A DNA stretch of 64,000 bases from Ancylonema sp. (taxonomy: Eukaryota): positions 1 to 64,000 of the forward strand of contig JBFLGF010000037.1 of the NCBI GenBank assembly GCA_050230475.1, written 5' to 3'. Numbering within the stretch: the stretch's first letter is position 1; each line of letters begins with the position of its first letter. The notes below the pieces were generated by a model. The model was not told the DNA's origin. It did not search any database and worked only from the letters and a program-made list of their open reading frames with translations. This document shows, in pieces, positions 42,973 through 56,713 of this stretch. The position numbers were made by a program, and so were the translations under genes.

Positions 42973-44951
42973 CTATCCATCCGAGATGTCCATATCCGGC
43001 ATCTCTTGCCTCACCCCCCCCTCTCCCCCCCCCCATATACCAGGGAGGCCTCGAGGGGAGGGGGATGCATAACTCTCCACCGCCAAACTCCAAGCCGCGT
43101 TCGCACTCGCATTCGCATTCGGCATCTCGTACCTTTGCCGTGCCTGGAGGTGCAGTTGCGAGGCATGCAGATACGCGTTCACGCTTTGAGACAAGTCGGT
43201 CTCCACCCTGTCTACATACGGATATCTGTGGGGTAGCATGGGGTGTGGGTACGGAAGTCGAGGGGGGTGTTGGTACTCCGGTCCAGGTGCATCCCCCCGG
43301 CCCCACCCCCCCCCCCTGTCCTCCAGAGCGGGGGGGGTTGGCAGCAACCCGCTCTCTCCCCACCCCCATTCGCCTGCATCGGAGCCTGGAGGGGGGGGGG
43401 TGTTTATTCCCGGAAACTGCACCAGGGGTTGGGGAGGGCCCTCTGGTGTGGGCAGAAGTGGGGGTGGGCTCATCTCGCCCTCCTCCACGTCCTCTCTGAC
43501 TTCCGCCAGGGGAGCCTCTGCCTCGTCAAAGATTGTGAGCCGTACATCCGCTTCATCTGCCACGTAGCCTGCACCACAGACGGGCCGCAGACCTAGGTGT
43601 AAGGAGAAAGTGTGATTGTATAATGATAGTGGTGCCAGTTGGGTTACCCATGTAGCCGGGCGGGTATCCATAGTGTTTCATCCGATGGAGCCATGGTGGG
43701 GGGGCTGCCTCCTGCAAATAGAAAGAAAGGAAGAGGGAGAGATTCAATCCTGTCTCTCACCTCAGGTACAAAAAAAGAGGAAGGAGGAAAAAAGGAAAGA
43801 GGAAAAAGGAAAGAGGAAAGAGGAAAGAAGAGAGATGTACAATCAAAACCTCTCTGAAGGCACGTCTCTGATTGAGCATATCTTCGTGCCTTTATCGAGG
43901 GTGTGCCTACAGAGAGGAGAGTCTACAGATTCTATCAAGTTAGTCTGCAAAGTTTCGAGCCTTCAAAAGTTGTGCGCCTATACAGAGGGTGCCGATATAC
44001 AGAGGATTTCACAGCAAGGATCCTTACCCCAATCCCCAACGCCTCCCTCACTGCACTTGACAGCACCCCCGGTTTCAGGTCCGCAAAGTCCTTTGGCGCG
44101 TCCCTCCCCACCGCCCCATGATAGCGCGGCATGGGCCCACCCCCCCGCGTCGCCTGCTGCTCCTCCCTGGCCTCCCTGATCGCCACAGGGTCCCTGGGGC
44201 GCCGACACTCCCTAAGGGAGTGGGAGTAGGAAGAGCAGTTCCAACAGCGGGAGGCCTCTTTTGGGATGACGGAACCGTCCTCCTCCTCTCCCAAGGGGCC
44301 GTCGACCAGACGGTCGTACATTGGGACTGAGTTGTCTGCTTCGTACTCTAGGTTGAAGGCACTGCTGCTGGGGACACTGGCTCCTGTGGATGCCACGTGG
44401 CGCGACGGGAGCTCCTCCCATACCAGCTGCAGACGCAGATGGGGGGGGGGGGCGAGGGGGGGGAGAGGGTGAGGGGCTGGGAGGGTCTATTGGTCCAGGG
44501 TGGTGTTGGGGAGTTACCGCCGCCCCTTCCTCCCCCCCACCCAACACTGGCCAGTATGTGTGGCGACCACTCGTTACAGCCTCCCCCTGCTGAACCCCCA
44601 CCCCAACCCCAACCCCGCCAGCTGTCTCCTGTAAGGTGCTTGCTGCCACCCCCTGAGGCATCCTTGAGGGACCGCCCCGTTACCGCTCATGCAGCGAAAA
44701 GGAGCCGCACCTTCGCATGCGTGGACTGCCACGTGGACCAATCCTCGAGAGCCTCGTGGAGCCGTTGCAGACTTTCTCTACAGTGAGAGAAGGGAGACAG
44801 GTGAGCAATGCACCATGGGGGGAAGTGAGAGGGGGTCGTACTTGCTCAGGTTTCGGTACTGAATGTCAACGCAAGGTCCTTTGTCCTCTTCTGGACCTCG
44901 TCTGCGCTTCCGGCCGCCTTGTTTGTGGACTGGAGACACGTCATAAACCAT
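42973..44951 (-). CDS. ZCCHC8: ZCCHC8-like zinc-knuckle/PSP-domain protein (NEXT exosome-targeting subunit); start codon tentative
   Basis: CWNCSSYSHSLREC knuckle; PRYH; LKPGVLSSAVREALGIG|...PPPWLHRMKHYGYPPGY (PSP domain); VQFPGIN; upstream VDIQYRNLS and VPMYDR. GT-AG introns explain the frame changes. Confidence 0.88.
43839..44012. mobile_element. Degenerate Tc1/mariner-type MITE in a ZCCHC8 intron
   Basis: TACAATCAAAACCTCTC ... AGAGGATTTCAC ends; GAGGGTG(T)GCC and TATACAGAGG motifs shared with 2660-2832. Confidence 0.5.
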
Positions 44952-45843
44952 TGGCGAACTGCAGGCCGATATTCGAAAGACATATAAGTATGCTTCCCGT
45001 ACTATTGTGAGCGGGTCTCTGTTCCAACACAACGAGAGTAGGCTTCCCCCCTTGCAATGTAGGCGTGATCGAGTGGACTACGATTTTGCTGCCACAAATT
45101 GACTTTTGACTTGTATGTCTAGCTCATTGTTCGCCGAGTGAAATAGTTCGTTTTCCCAACCTTCTCTTTCTGGTACCACAGGAGATTTTAAAAGCAAAAA
45201 TATATAGTCCAAGACACATAGCTCATACGGCTCAATTTGGGCGACAAGGTCAGCTCAGCTCAGCTGTGCGACCGCGAGATAAATTCAAGGAATCTGGCTT
45301 ACTCGATGAAAGTTCGCCTCCGGCAAACTGAAAATCTATGAATCCGGACGCTGGTACCAAGTACAATGTGCGAAATGAAATGAAAGCAAATGAGAGCAAA
45401 ATCACGGGTACTGACTAAAAGATATGTGGGGAAGGATTTGAAAGAGATCGCAGCAATGTGGGTTTGTCGACAAGAAGAACCAGGAGATGATGAGGGTACT
45501 AATCCGCAACAACAGCATTAGCAGCAAGCGGATTACGAGCATTGACTGCTTGAACAAATTCCAGTTGAAGCGGGGCACAAATGTGTTGAATAGGGAGACG
45601 ATGGCGGGCGATTCTCCTGCTTCTGTTACACTTCACCGGTCCCTTTCTAATTCAGCACTCTCGAGAGAGTAGTGTCAGGCATCGCGGTCAATGGATATGT
45701 GCAAAAGGAAGGAAGGCCTCGAGGAAGTCCTGACCATTCCTCGCGGAGGAAGCGCAGAGGAAGCGCGCAGGCAGCGCGTTCAGCAAGAGTCAGAAAACAC
45801 GTGTCACGCTCAGCTGAGAGCCGATGCCGGGCGTACCACCGGA

Positions 45844-46153
45844 CTCCCCCGTCCCCCGTCCCCGACCCCCGTATACGGGGGGGGGGGTAAATTGCGGCTG
45901 GGAATATCCCAGCTGCATCGGCTGCATACGGGGGAAACGGGGGGCACGGACGATGAACCGGTTGGCAATCCAGAATCTGGCGTGTAATTCCCCGTAATTC
46001 CCGCATTTCCCCCGTGGCCTCCCCCTCACCCCCCCGATTCCCCGTTTTCCTAGCCTGCAGTTGCGTCCCCTGTATTCCCCCGTTAAGTTTAGAAGATCCC
46101 CCGTGAGAGGAACGAGGGCCGGGGGAGTCGGGGGACGGGGGAGCGCATCCCTA
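45844..46153. mobile_element. GC-rich inverted-repeat MITE-like element
   Basis: CTCCCCCGTCCCCCG ... CGGGGGACGGGGGAG arms. The right end CATCCCTA is the reverse complement of the Ac-like TIR TAGGGATG; the left terminus is not evident. Confidence 0.55.
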
Positions 46154-48376
46154 CGTCTGCACATTGTTCGCAGGTGTCTATTAAGAAATAGCTACCGTTC
46201 CTTCAGATTGAACGCACCATTGTTGACATTTACCTCTGTCCATGCCCGGATAACGAGCCTTTTTTTTTGTCCAAGTACCGTGAAGTAGACATACATACTT
46301 TTATGCATCCAGAATTTGAAATTGTTCCGACAGATAGGAACCATTAGTAGGTATTCAGCTTCTCCGGCCGTTTATTTATAGTCCACTCGGAATCAGTAGT
46401 GTGGTCACTGAACAAGGAGTCGAACAAGGAGTCACTGAACAAGGATGGTCTCTCCAGTGCTGCCTACGTGGCGCACAGCGCTATTAGCGTCCCTAGAAGC
46501 GAACAAGCACAACAGATTCTCCACCTATTTTCAGCTGGTACAGATCCCGTCAAGTCGTAGGCAGTCGGCAGCTGTCAGCCCCCGTAGCATGTGACGCATT
46601 TGAACTGGTTCGCACGTGGCATGTCAATCTGTCAGAGTGACTGCTCACAAGTGATACGACAGCCTCCTTCGACTTCATGTCTCTTCTCCCCGTTTTTCGT
46701 TTCTGGTCCAGGCTACTGTGCGGCCTGATGGGAAACCTTCCAATCGAACCGTGGTATTCAGGTGGACTTCGATTTTTTTCATATCCCTACCTTTCTTGTC
46801 TCTGTCCCTTTTCAGAAGTGCGTGCTTCACCACCTGGATACGACTCCGATTTATACTTCTCTCTTTAAACATTTCATACACATTCTACCTTGGAATGAGT
46901 GACAAAAATACATTCCTTTCTTCTTCCGACCACCATGATGCTCGCAATAACCCCATTCTCACCCACCTTGCTCTCACAGGGGCTTTGTAGGGGAGAGCGA
47001 TGACATCCAGTTTTGGACAGACACTCGCAGCGACAAAGTGGAGGACATCGAACACAATGCGTGGGGCGAGGTAAGGGATTTGACAAAGGGAACGCGACTT
47101 CTGACCTCGGTGTTTTACTCACTATGCAACAACTGTCACCCGGCGGTGGTGTGGCCAGATGTGTTGGTACTTTGTGGACAGCTGGCAACAATATCGGGTG
47201 GCGGGGACCATGAATGTGATTAAAGCGGAAGAGAAAGATCCTCAGAGAGCTAAGGTGAGTGTACGGAAGGCCACCATCAATCATGACAACTTGCATGTAT
47301 GGTGGTGCAACAACGGGAAGGGGCGCATTACCATTAAGCCTTTCTAAAAATTTAGGTGTTGATGGTTAGTGCTTGTGTCACTCATTTGGTTTTGTCATTG
47401 ATACCAAAGTCATAAGAAGTGGAGCCGGATTGGTCGTCAATTATAAGACTTACCACCATGATTGCCCACGAGAGAAATGAAGTTAAAGGTCAAGTCATTT
47501 TCGGAAAGCTATGTGCTAACTGCCGGGCGTTTGTGGGTGTTTTAGTTGCGCGCCGACTCTTGGTTCGGCCTCTCCCCACGACAACGGATACAATTTGCCA
47601 ACCCTCCCCCAAAAATGCCTCGTGCTCCAGAGCACTACTTTCCCTCAAGCGTGGATGTGGGAGAAGGCCCATTAGAAACATATGGATTAGTGACCCTACA
47701 TCCACAAACGGTATGTTTTGAACATGTATATCAATATTACATGTTGTTATCTTTGAATGGGGTCCTAGTGGAAGAAAAATGGTCACTTGTAAGGAGGATC
47801 GGGATATGGGCATGCTTTCTTGTTCCACAAACTTGACCACAATCATGCATTGCGGTTTGATGTGGAGCTTGGCTTTTTGTATGGTCTGCAGATTGATTAT
47901 GTCCACTTGAAGGAGAATAAGCGCGTCATACACCGGAAGTCAGCGCAAGCCAATGGGAGTTGGACAGAGGAAAATGTTAACCCGTGAATGGCCCCGTAAT
48001 TGTGTGCCATTTGACGTACTGATGCATGGTGTCACATTGTTTTTGTGACGTACGGTATTGCTTCATTGGCGGAGCTCAGTCCTTCACTTTCTTCATACCG
48101 ACAACACACACATATTTTCATGCACACTACGCTATCATCTCCTAGCAATCTGTGGCTTTTTAGTTTTCTTTAAGTTTGTGATTGTTGAACCCAGTGACTT
48201 TCATGAGCTACCTCATGACAGAAATTTCAATCTCAACATTCATGAGTCCGTTACTTCAAACTCCCAATTGCAACGCAATGTGCGTTATTTCATATGATGT
48301 TGGTAAGCTGCGAAGTCATGCAGTAGGGATCGGTATCTTATCACGCGGGTAGGGTGACACGGGATTAGGGCACGAG

Positions 48377-49389
48377 TAGGGTGGAGGTAACCCGCATTTT
48401 TTTTGGCGGGCTGAAAAATAACCCGCAAATACCCTAATGTAACCCGGATATTCCCTAATGTACCCCTAAATACCCCACCGTACCCTCAAAAATCCTTCAA
48501 TACTCGGAAATATCCTTAAAACCCCTTAAATATCCGAATAACCCTAACATATCCTAACATACCCTGAGGTTATTTTACTCTAACAAAAGCATTAAAAATA
48601 CCCATTCTTTTTTGGGTACTTTTCAATACTCTCTATGTTTATATTAAGATAATCTCTTTAACAGACACCCAAATTGTGTGGCCTAGACGTTGTCCATGTA
48701 AACAACAATGAGTGAGTCATTTTTAGAGCATCGCTCATCTTGATATTGTAGCGAGATGTAAAAGAATAATGATACCTATGATCTTATGAATACCCACGTT
48801 TGGGTATTGGCCATTTTATATTTTCTAGTTTCTGGATCCACATTCCGCCTAAAGTGTTCCACACATTTCTCATGAGATGGTTCTTCACTCACTGACTCTT
48901 GCGTAACATGCGACATGTCCATGACAAAAGGTGGTTGTTACTGTGTGTCCAGGCCTCAAAAAAAACACCAGCTACCCACCCACATAGCTATCCACGACCT
49001 CTACACAAGTCCAAGTCCACTCTAGGTAGCCTCCAGAGTCTAGAGGGCACAAGCAACAACTTGTTGCCGACAAAGGGATAGGGTTCGTGCCGTTCGCAAC
49101 GAATTTTTCTGGGCCCGTGGCCAGGCCGCACATGTTCATAACTAAAATTTGGCGATGAGAGACCTATAAATCAAAAATATATACAGGGAGAACCTACCGT
49201 AAGCTACCGTGATATACCCTAGAATACCCTCAAATACCCTCAAATATCCGGAAAATGCAAACATACCCTAGGGTATTCCGGGTGTTTGTGGGTTTTTAAG
49301 CCGGATTTTTAGTGCCACGTTATTTGCGGGTTAATACCTCAGGGGTACGGGTTAAGGGTTTTCCGGGTTCGAGGTAGACCGCCATCTTA
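48377..49389. mobile_element. Second, diverged and inverted copy of the 38456-39434 hAT MITE
   Basis: Ends TAGGGTGGAGGT ... ACCGCCATCTTA. Internal GTGTTCCACACATTTCTCATGAGATGGTTCTTC is the reverse complement of 38987-39020. Confidence 0.85.
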
Positions 49390-50982
49390 GGTGGTAGATA
49401 GGGGCCAACACTCCGTGCAACCTTTGGTGCAACACGACGCGCGTACGTGTTCGACACGGTACGTGACCGACACGTTTTGTCGGGAAATTATTACCGTGTC
49501 AGTTAGTGACACGGCTAGTCCCGACACGCCGACACGGCAAGCAAGACACGTATCTTCCAAGGTCGGTACAATTTTTGCCACGTATAAAGCGGGGTCACAA
49601 TGTTATCGGGAGCCGCGTAAGAACTTCCGCTCGCGCCGTAAAGTTTCGCAACGACATAGTCGAGAAAGTTCGGCACTATCTCCATGAAAGTATTGAAAGT
49701 GCTTTGAAGAGAAACATGTTCGATATAATAGCATTGCGATACGGCATTTGCCGTGTCGCAACACACATGTGAGATTTTCAGTGTTGTGACGTATTGGCCA
49801 CGGTCCGAGTGGGGGTAACTTTGATTGTTTTTATGTTGGGTAGGTAGTAACTCCGAAATAACCCCGAATAATCCCATTTAACCTTGATCAACTGAGAAAA
49901 TTACGGTTGAAATTATGAAATTATTGTTAACCCTGAATAACCATGGATTGATCCTCAATCAATCCTTGGATTGATAACCCTGAAATATCATAAATTACTT
50001 GGAAGAACCGTCGCACCGGCGAGATGAACCCTCAAATAATTGTGAACAACATTGATTAAGCCGGATTAACCTTGATTAACCCTGTATGACCTTGAACACC
50101 CCTCAATAATCCTAGTTGACCTCGAATGACCCCATTTTTTTCATTTTTTTCATTTGTTTCATATGTTCCTCTGTGGATCATCTTGATAATTGATTCATCC
50201 TGATTATGGATTCATCCTGATAAGATTTGAGGTTATTAACCTTGATTTACCCTAGAAAAACCGGAAGTCTCGTAAAATACTTGGAAAAAGCCGCAGCGGC
50301 AAAATTAGCCTTGGAATAACCCTTTTTAATCGTGGTCAACCTTAATTTACTTTGGCTAACCCCAGGGTGGATATTTGAGGGTTAACCCGTAACCCAGTGG
50401 TGTTAACTCTGATATTGGGTGGCGGGTTCCATCAGGATATTAACACTAAGGTTAAGGGTTATCAAGATTAACTCTCACCCCCCATTCTCGTACCCCCCAG
50501 GGTACGGGTAAGACACGCTGTTTCGGGGGGTTGGGGTGCAGCGTTGTGCAACCCTGTATGAAACCGCTCTCATATTTAGTCCCTCGCATTATATCTCTTT
50601 ACGTGAATAATCATAAGAGATACCTTATAAATAAGGGATACCCCTCATTATATTTTTAACCTTATTGGGTATTGCCGGTATATTGAGGGCCTCACCAATC
50701 CAACCCCACTAGCAAGTGGTTTTTTGGGGAAAACAATTATAAAGGAAGCACAATAGGAACTCCATCTTAGTACAAGAAAGAAAATGGCTTCTATGACTCA
50801 AAAACACATAGGAGGGCAATCAATGAAAATCCTAAGTACCGCACACTATAGGGGAGCCGAGCTACCACCCGTACCGCCGTAATAGAAGCCTGCGGGGGGA
50901 GGCACAAAAGGCATGCGATGTTCTAGACGCTATGTCCAGCGCATGGATAATATCCATGGGATAGCCATGTGCTAGGTTTCTT

Positions 50983-51372
50983 CATAGATGTACACGCCCG
51001 TAAAAATCTTCGCCTGGCGGCGCCCGCGGGCGGACCCGCCCGCAAGCGAAACGCGGGCGGGAATATCCCGCCCGCGTGCGGGTATATAGAGCTTTTTTAG
51101 GGTTCTGGTGTTTTCAGTTTGTAAAACTCCACACTGATCGAAATAAAAAAATAAAAAGTGCTAATATCAACTACATACTCTCATCTACATGAATTATTTT
51201 TTTTTAAATAATTTCATAAAACGCCTAAAAGCTATGCTTCTTTGAACTTGCTTTCTTGAAATCCCGAAATTCAGCGCGTCCGGGACGGGCGGCCTGGCGG
51301 CGCCTGCGGGCGGTCTCGCTTGCGGGCGGAGACGGGCGGAAATATCCCCGCCCGCAGGCGGGTATATCCATG
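50983..51372. mobile_element. hAT-superfamily MITE, 390 bp, with CCCGC-rich subterminal repeats
   Basis: TIR CATAGATGTACACGCC ... GGCGGGTATATCCATG. Perfect 8-bp TSD GGTTTCTT at 50975-50982 and 51373-51380. Confidence 0.88.
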
Positions 51373-51846
51373 GGTTTCTTAGGATTTGGAAACAAAATTG
51401 TGGAAATAATTGTTTTTATTTGTTCTCCGTCCCAATGATATTTAGACAGGTTCTCGGTTCGTGATAACAGTCTCGACGCAAACCACGTGTCAGTGTGTTA
51501 GCCTTGCACCAGTGAGACCGTGTCACCTCCTCGCGCCCCCATGTTCGCCCCCGTCTTTTACGTGGCAAAGTTACGATACTTCCTCCATGACAGCTGACGA
51601 AAGAAAAGAAGATTTATTCATCGTCTTTCGAATCAAAAAAAAAAAAATCAGTCGAGGTAGCTTCACGCGCTGCGAATGTGTAGTACGTCGGTGTAGTACG
51701 TCCTCAGGCCTTGTATCCTTCAATTGACAATTTATAATCCTACCGCATTGGCTTTTTCCTGTGCAATACTTCGCGATATTTAGGCTCGATAGTGAGTGTA
51801 GGTACATATCACGTATTGTACTTGACAATAGGCCGCTACTGTTAAA

Positions 51847-53790
51847 ATGGTCATGGATGGTGATTTGGATCCTCAGTCCAGAATGAATGGTACCTTACAA
51901 GATACGACAGGTAATCCTGTCTCCGGAATCTCGGGAGGTATGAACGCAAAGCAACAAGACCATCAGCTGGAAGGAACGACGACCGACTCATCTGCCAGCC
52001 ACCCCGTCGGGGCAGATTCACAGCTGGCACGAGCGGATGGTGTGAGAGGGCGTGCTGTTAGCAATGTGAAATACTGGATAAGCGTAGTTGGCGCAGAGTG
52101 GCCACGGATTCAAGCTGCCAGCTTGCAAAGATGTGAACAACTTTGGCATTGGACGTGGGATGGCGCAGTGTGGCGTCAATTTCTAATAGCGACTGTAAGA
52201 AATTATATGAATGACAAATTGTTCCAAACGAGGATAATTTTACAATCTCGTTCTGCACGTAGCCAGGGGTAACGTTGGTTCTGTACAGAATGCACTGCAG
52301 TGCTATGATTTTTATACGTGAGTCATTGAATGACAATCCGAATTGCATAGGACCAACGCCCTCCAAGTGGAGGTGTAGTGTTTGATTATCTCCCAGTTGA
52401 CATGTCATTCCGTCTCCCAGTCTCTAGTATCCTATCAAATGTCAGTCGGCCCCTTCACCTGCACCTTCTATGTTTGATGGTAGTGTTTACATATGATCGA
52501 AGTCTACGTCGTTTGTCGTGCTGTCTCGTCAACGCCTTGCCCATTGACCTTTGCAGCACTCAATGATATAGGTGCGTCTTTTTGCCTATGTCTGAGGCCC
52601 GGATGTACCTCATTGTTTCCACATGTTTGGGAACTTATCGCGCCTATTCGTGTTATTGCTGCTCCCCCCTGGTAGGTGGCGGCCATTGGAATAAGTATTT
52701 TCCTGGGCCTGGTGTCTCTCATCCTGTTCACCTCCATCGCCATAATCATCTCCATTTCATTTACTTTCCTTCTCACTGTGTGGGGAGTGTGCTCTTTCAC
52801 GGTTCTTTTCCTCATTGCTGCGACACTGATCACCTTTGCGGCAATATCGCTCGGAACCCTCGCCATCGCACGCGCGGTTTTGGGAGCTGTCACATTTACT
52901 CTCTGCTGCTCTGGTGAGGAGACTTTTCAGCACAAAGCAGAAGATGACTGGAGAAATATTCAGAAGTGAGATAGCGTGGAAAACAACGTGAATGAGGAAA
53001 CATTTGAGTAATCCTGCTCTATTTCTTTTCCGAAGAGGATGACTTCCAGAAATTACAGGGAGGGGTTAAGGAAAAATGTTGGACCTATTGGATAAGGCCA
53101 TCGTGCTTCTTTCATATGTTTGTTCGTTGAAATGCAGCTGATATCTTTGGTGTTGCCAGAGGTGTGATGACAATTCAAGTCATGTGTGCATGCGTGTGGC
53201 TGCTGGTACTGAGGTTCTGTCGGTAGGGATGAGAGTCCATGACAGCACATGAAGACGAATGATCTTGTGAATCTTATACAGTAAGGTTTGGAGGAAAGAG
53301 ATACTCCCAATTGTATACTATTTGAAATAAGATTCTCAAAGAACTGCATTGAGATGTAGCGCCGTAACATAGCTCCTCCGCATTCCCATCTATTGCAGGT
53401 GCTGTATTTTCTGCCTACTCGTCCTACAGATTGGCCGCTGCCGTCAAGTTCAGAATTAGTGCTATGTTGTTTCCTCCTAAGCCCACCCTGACGATGAATT
53501 CACTTCATCTTCCGGAGATTCGGGTGACTCGTGCTTCTCCTCCGAGTGATAGGAAAGAGTTGGGAAACGGGTGGGCAGCCTCCAAAGCACCAACAACAGA
53601 GCAACAGCGTCAGGAGATGATAGATCCTGGGACTCCAGTTTCTCCATTGCTGAGTCCTGCAGGGAGCAAGGGAGGAGGGAAGCTTAGCGGGGGAATGAGT
53701 CCCATGATGAGTCCGTCTGGGCGCAGAACGAGGTCACCGCTGAAGGAGCCTTTGACGGGATTGGGGCCAGCAGTACCCGCAGAGGATTGA
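51847..53790 (+). CDS. LDIP (LDAP-interacting protein)/promethin-LDAF1-like lipid-droplet membrane protein; 3 exons (approx. 51847-52194, 52676-52913, 53399-53790)
   Basis: Amphipathic WPRIQAAS...LWHWTWDGAVWRQFLIAT followed by ~90 aa of continuous hydrophobic sequence. This resembles the plant LDIP architecture as I recall it; no search was run. Confidence 0.65.
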
Positions 53791-56476
53791 GCTGCAAGTA
53801 TTGAGTAATACTCTGCAGAGTCCACTTTATGATTCTACTATGCATCTCTCCTTTGACTTCTCTGGTTTGAGGGTATAGCAAGCTTCCTGAGATATAAGAT
53901 AAGCTAGCCTTTCCCATTGTGCATTTCGGTCCTCCCTTCAACAAAAAATAGAAAACCATAACAGATTTTTAAACCAAGAAGAATATACTTGTGTCTTTCT
54001 TTTTGTCCTTGAAGAATGGGTACGTAAATTTAAGCAACTTGTATCCCTTGAAGAAAACAATGGCATATGGAAATGTATCAGGCACCATCCTGGCCATGTT
54101 TTTTAGCCTAATACACTACCTTCTTCATCATAAACACTTTCTCTTTCTCCATTCTCCTAGTCCTTTGAACACTTTTAACAATCACAACTGAAGTATTTAA
54201 CACACTGGGGAGCACCTCACTCTAGCCCTTCCACCTTCCTTCCTTCCTTCTCAAAGGACAAAAATGGAAGAGGGATAACCACGAGGTAGTTGACAAATAA
54301 TGGTGCAAAGAGGGCGCAGAAACAAAATAGTGGAAAATATATAAAAAGAAACATACCACGCTGTGGTGTGACAACTTAATTGTGTCATCCTCAAGATTCC
54401 CGTTTAAGAGCCATGAAGTGACTTGGGGAAGAGAAATGCTTTCCATCGAACGCACTTGTTTTGTAAACTGGTTTTCCCTCCCAAATTATAAAGCACAAAA
54501 TATCATGTTATATCGTTGTTATCCCCAAGAGTACAACGATACGATACGTATGTGAAGGTATCGACCTCTTCGCGGATGGCGCTCGCAAAAACGATGTAGG
54601 AGTTTCGTGCACAACACATGTGTACAAATGTGACTACCGCGACAAGCACTGAGGTCATGATACACTTGATGATGAAATTCAGGATATGTGCTCATTGTAG
54701 GTAGAAGTATCCCGTCAGATTATTCCGTCATGTAGTGACGGGCATGAGTCTTGGAACTTCATGTAAAGTGTGAAGAACTCATATTGTTTGTGTTACACAT
54801 CTGGAAATGAAAGCATTCGTTGTGCTATGATTAAAAGAAAAAAAAACAAATACAAAAAAGCGTCAATTTTGCTACGATGGCATCGAAATACGCCATTGAC
54901 ATGAAGTCATTTTTTTGAACAAAAAACGCTACATTCTTTGAGTCAAAGTATGAAAGTGGGTAAGCTTCTATTTGCGTCTTGCAGATGGATGCACCTTTAG
55001 TGCTCGAGGCTATGTTTACGAATGACATGGAGAAAATTCACACGAAAAGTATCTGATTCGAGGAAACCACATATCTTCTTTGCGTACACCATTCATATCC
55101 CGTTTCAGGATTTAAAGAGTTCTTGTCTTGTCCAACTTTGGACAAAGGATGACAAATACCCGCTCATTGCATTGAGTGCGTGTGTGGAAGCCGTATTGGA
55201 TTACCACATTACTTTGGAAACCGTTTCGGTTTTCTATTGGAGGCGAAGAATTTATATGCTGATCCCATAACGAGAAACTAAGGTTTTTTTAATTAATAAA
55301 TTTAAAATCTAGTTGCGGGAAGTGATAATCAAGGGTGCACAGTGCCCGAACTCTACACCTTCAAGGCACCCAAACGAAGTCGAGGATCGTAGCTTCTTTT
55401 TTCTTTTGTGAGAGTTGTTGATAAGGAGGAGCAAGAAATTCCTAGAAAAGTATAACATTACGCCTCATCAAACATGTTAGAAAACCGAAAACGTGGTGTT
55501 AAGTCGTGTACTGTATGACGCCACCTAGATAGTTTCGCAAACTTCTAATTTATTTTATTCATCAATACAATAAGAGCCCCATATGCTCTTATATTTTCCA
55601 AGTGTTGTTGTTCTATCATTGTTGAGAATCAATGAGGCAACAAGCCGTACAAAAGAGATCCCAATTGACGTGGTGGCGGGTAGTAGAAAGCGTATTGTAT
55701 TGAGATAGAATACCTTTGAAGTGATAATATCGATTGGCAAAAGTCAATGCACGTATGTGGAAAGTCGCCAAATGATTGGTCTAGTTGACATTTTTATGTA
55801 TTGCGTATTGTGTATTTCTTCCCGGCTTTTGTCGCCCACTTCATATATCTTCCATCCCTTCATCGATTTTTCCCATAATTTATCCCCCCACTTACATCGA
55901 ACGCTTACGTGGGGATGTCTCCCCGAAGCGTTTGGAGCTCGGACGGTCGCCGCGAACAGTTTGCATCCCAACTACGGATTATATGCTCGATCTTGATGTG
56001 CGGGAACGCCACTATGGGGGAAATGACTAGTATGCCACTTACTCATGGGATTCCATATCGGCGTCGCAGTATTGTCTATCAAACTCAATTCATTGCTCCC
56101 CCCACCCGGCGGTGTTTTCTCACAACCAATATCATGAGATCTTATATGTTTTCGTGCCTACTTACTTGATTGTTCTCCGTTGCTTGTCAACACTGTAATT
56201 GGTGTGCGTTGCATTGTCGCTTTTTTTACTTGTCCTTTAAGTACTTAAGCCACCTTTCTCGCTATTCATGTCCTGTCATGTCATGTTGACACTTAAGTAA
56301 GAGTGAAGGATGAGTGTGAAGAAAATCAAGGCAAACGGAATAAAATAATGTGCAAAAGATGACGAAAGATGTGGATGCTTTGAGCACGTAGACGCGGTTG
56401 ATGCGAAGATGACAGATTATGGTGAGGGGAAATCATATTGTCGGGCACAAAGTCGAGAGTGCCACATAAGTGAATA

Positions 56477-56713
56477 CCGGTACTCGCCACACATAATGAC
56501 CCTCAAATAATTATGAAATGGGTTGGGTCAAATTAAATAATTCAAAATTCAAAAAAAGTGGGTCATTCTATGATGTGGGTCACCCAATAATAAATATTTT
56601 TCAGGATTTTGGGAAATTTTATATTGGGTGCGCGGGTTGGGTCAAGTGGTGGTTTCTTGCCTAAATTAATTCGTTAAAAAAAAAACCCGGGTCATTATAT
56701 TTGGCCACTACGG
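56477..56713. mobile_element. Tc1/mariner-type MITE
   Basis: TA|CCGGTACTCGCCACACATAATGACCC ... GGGTCATTATATTTGGCCACTACGG|TA; internal GGGTCA repeats. Confidence 0.7.

Noticed and set aside
43590..44520. Apparent frameshifts in the ZCCHC8-like gene
   Set aside because: Explained by short GT-AG introns (~43594-43648 and ~44427-44517).
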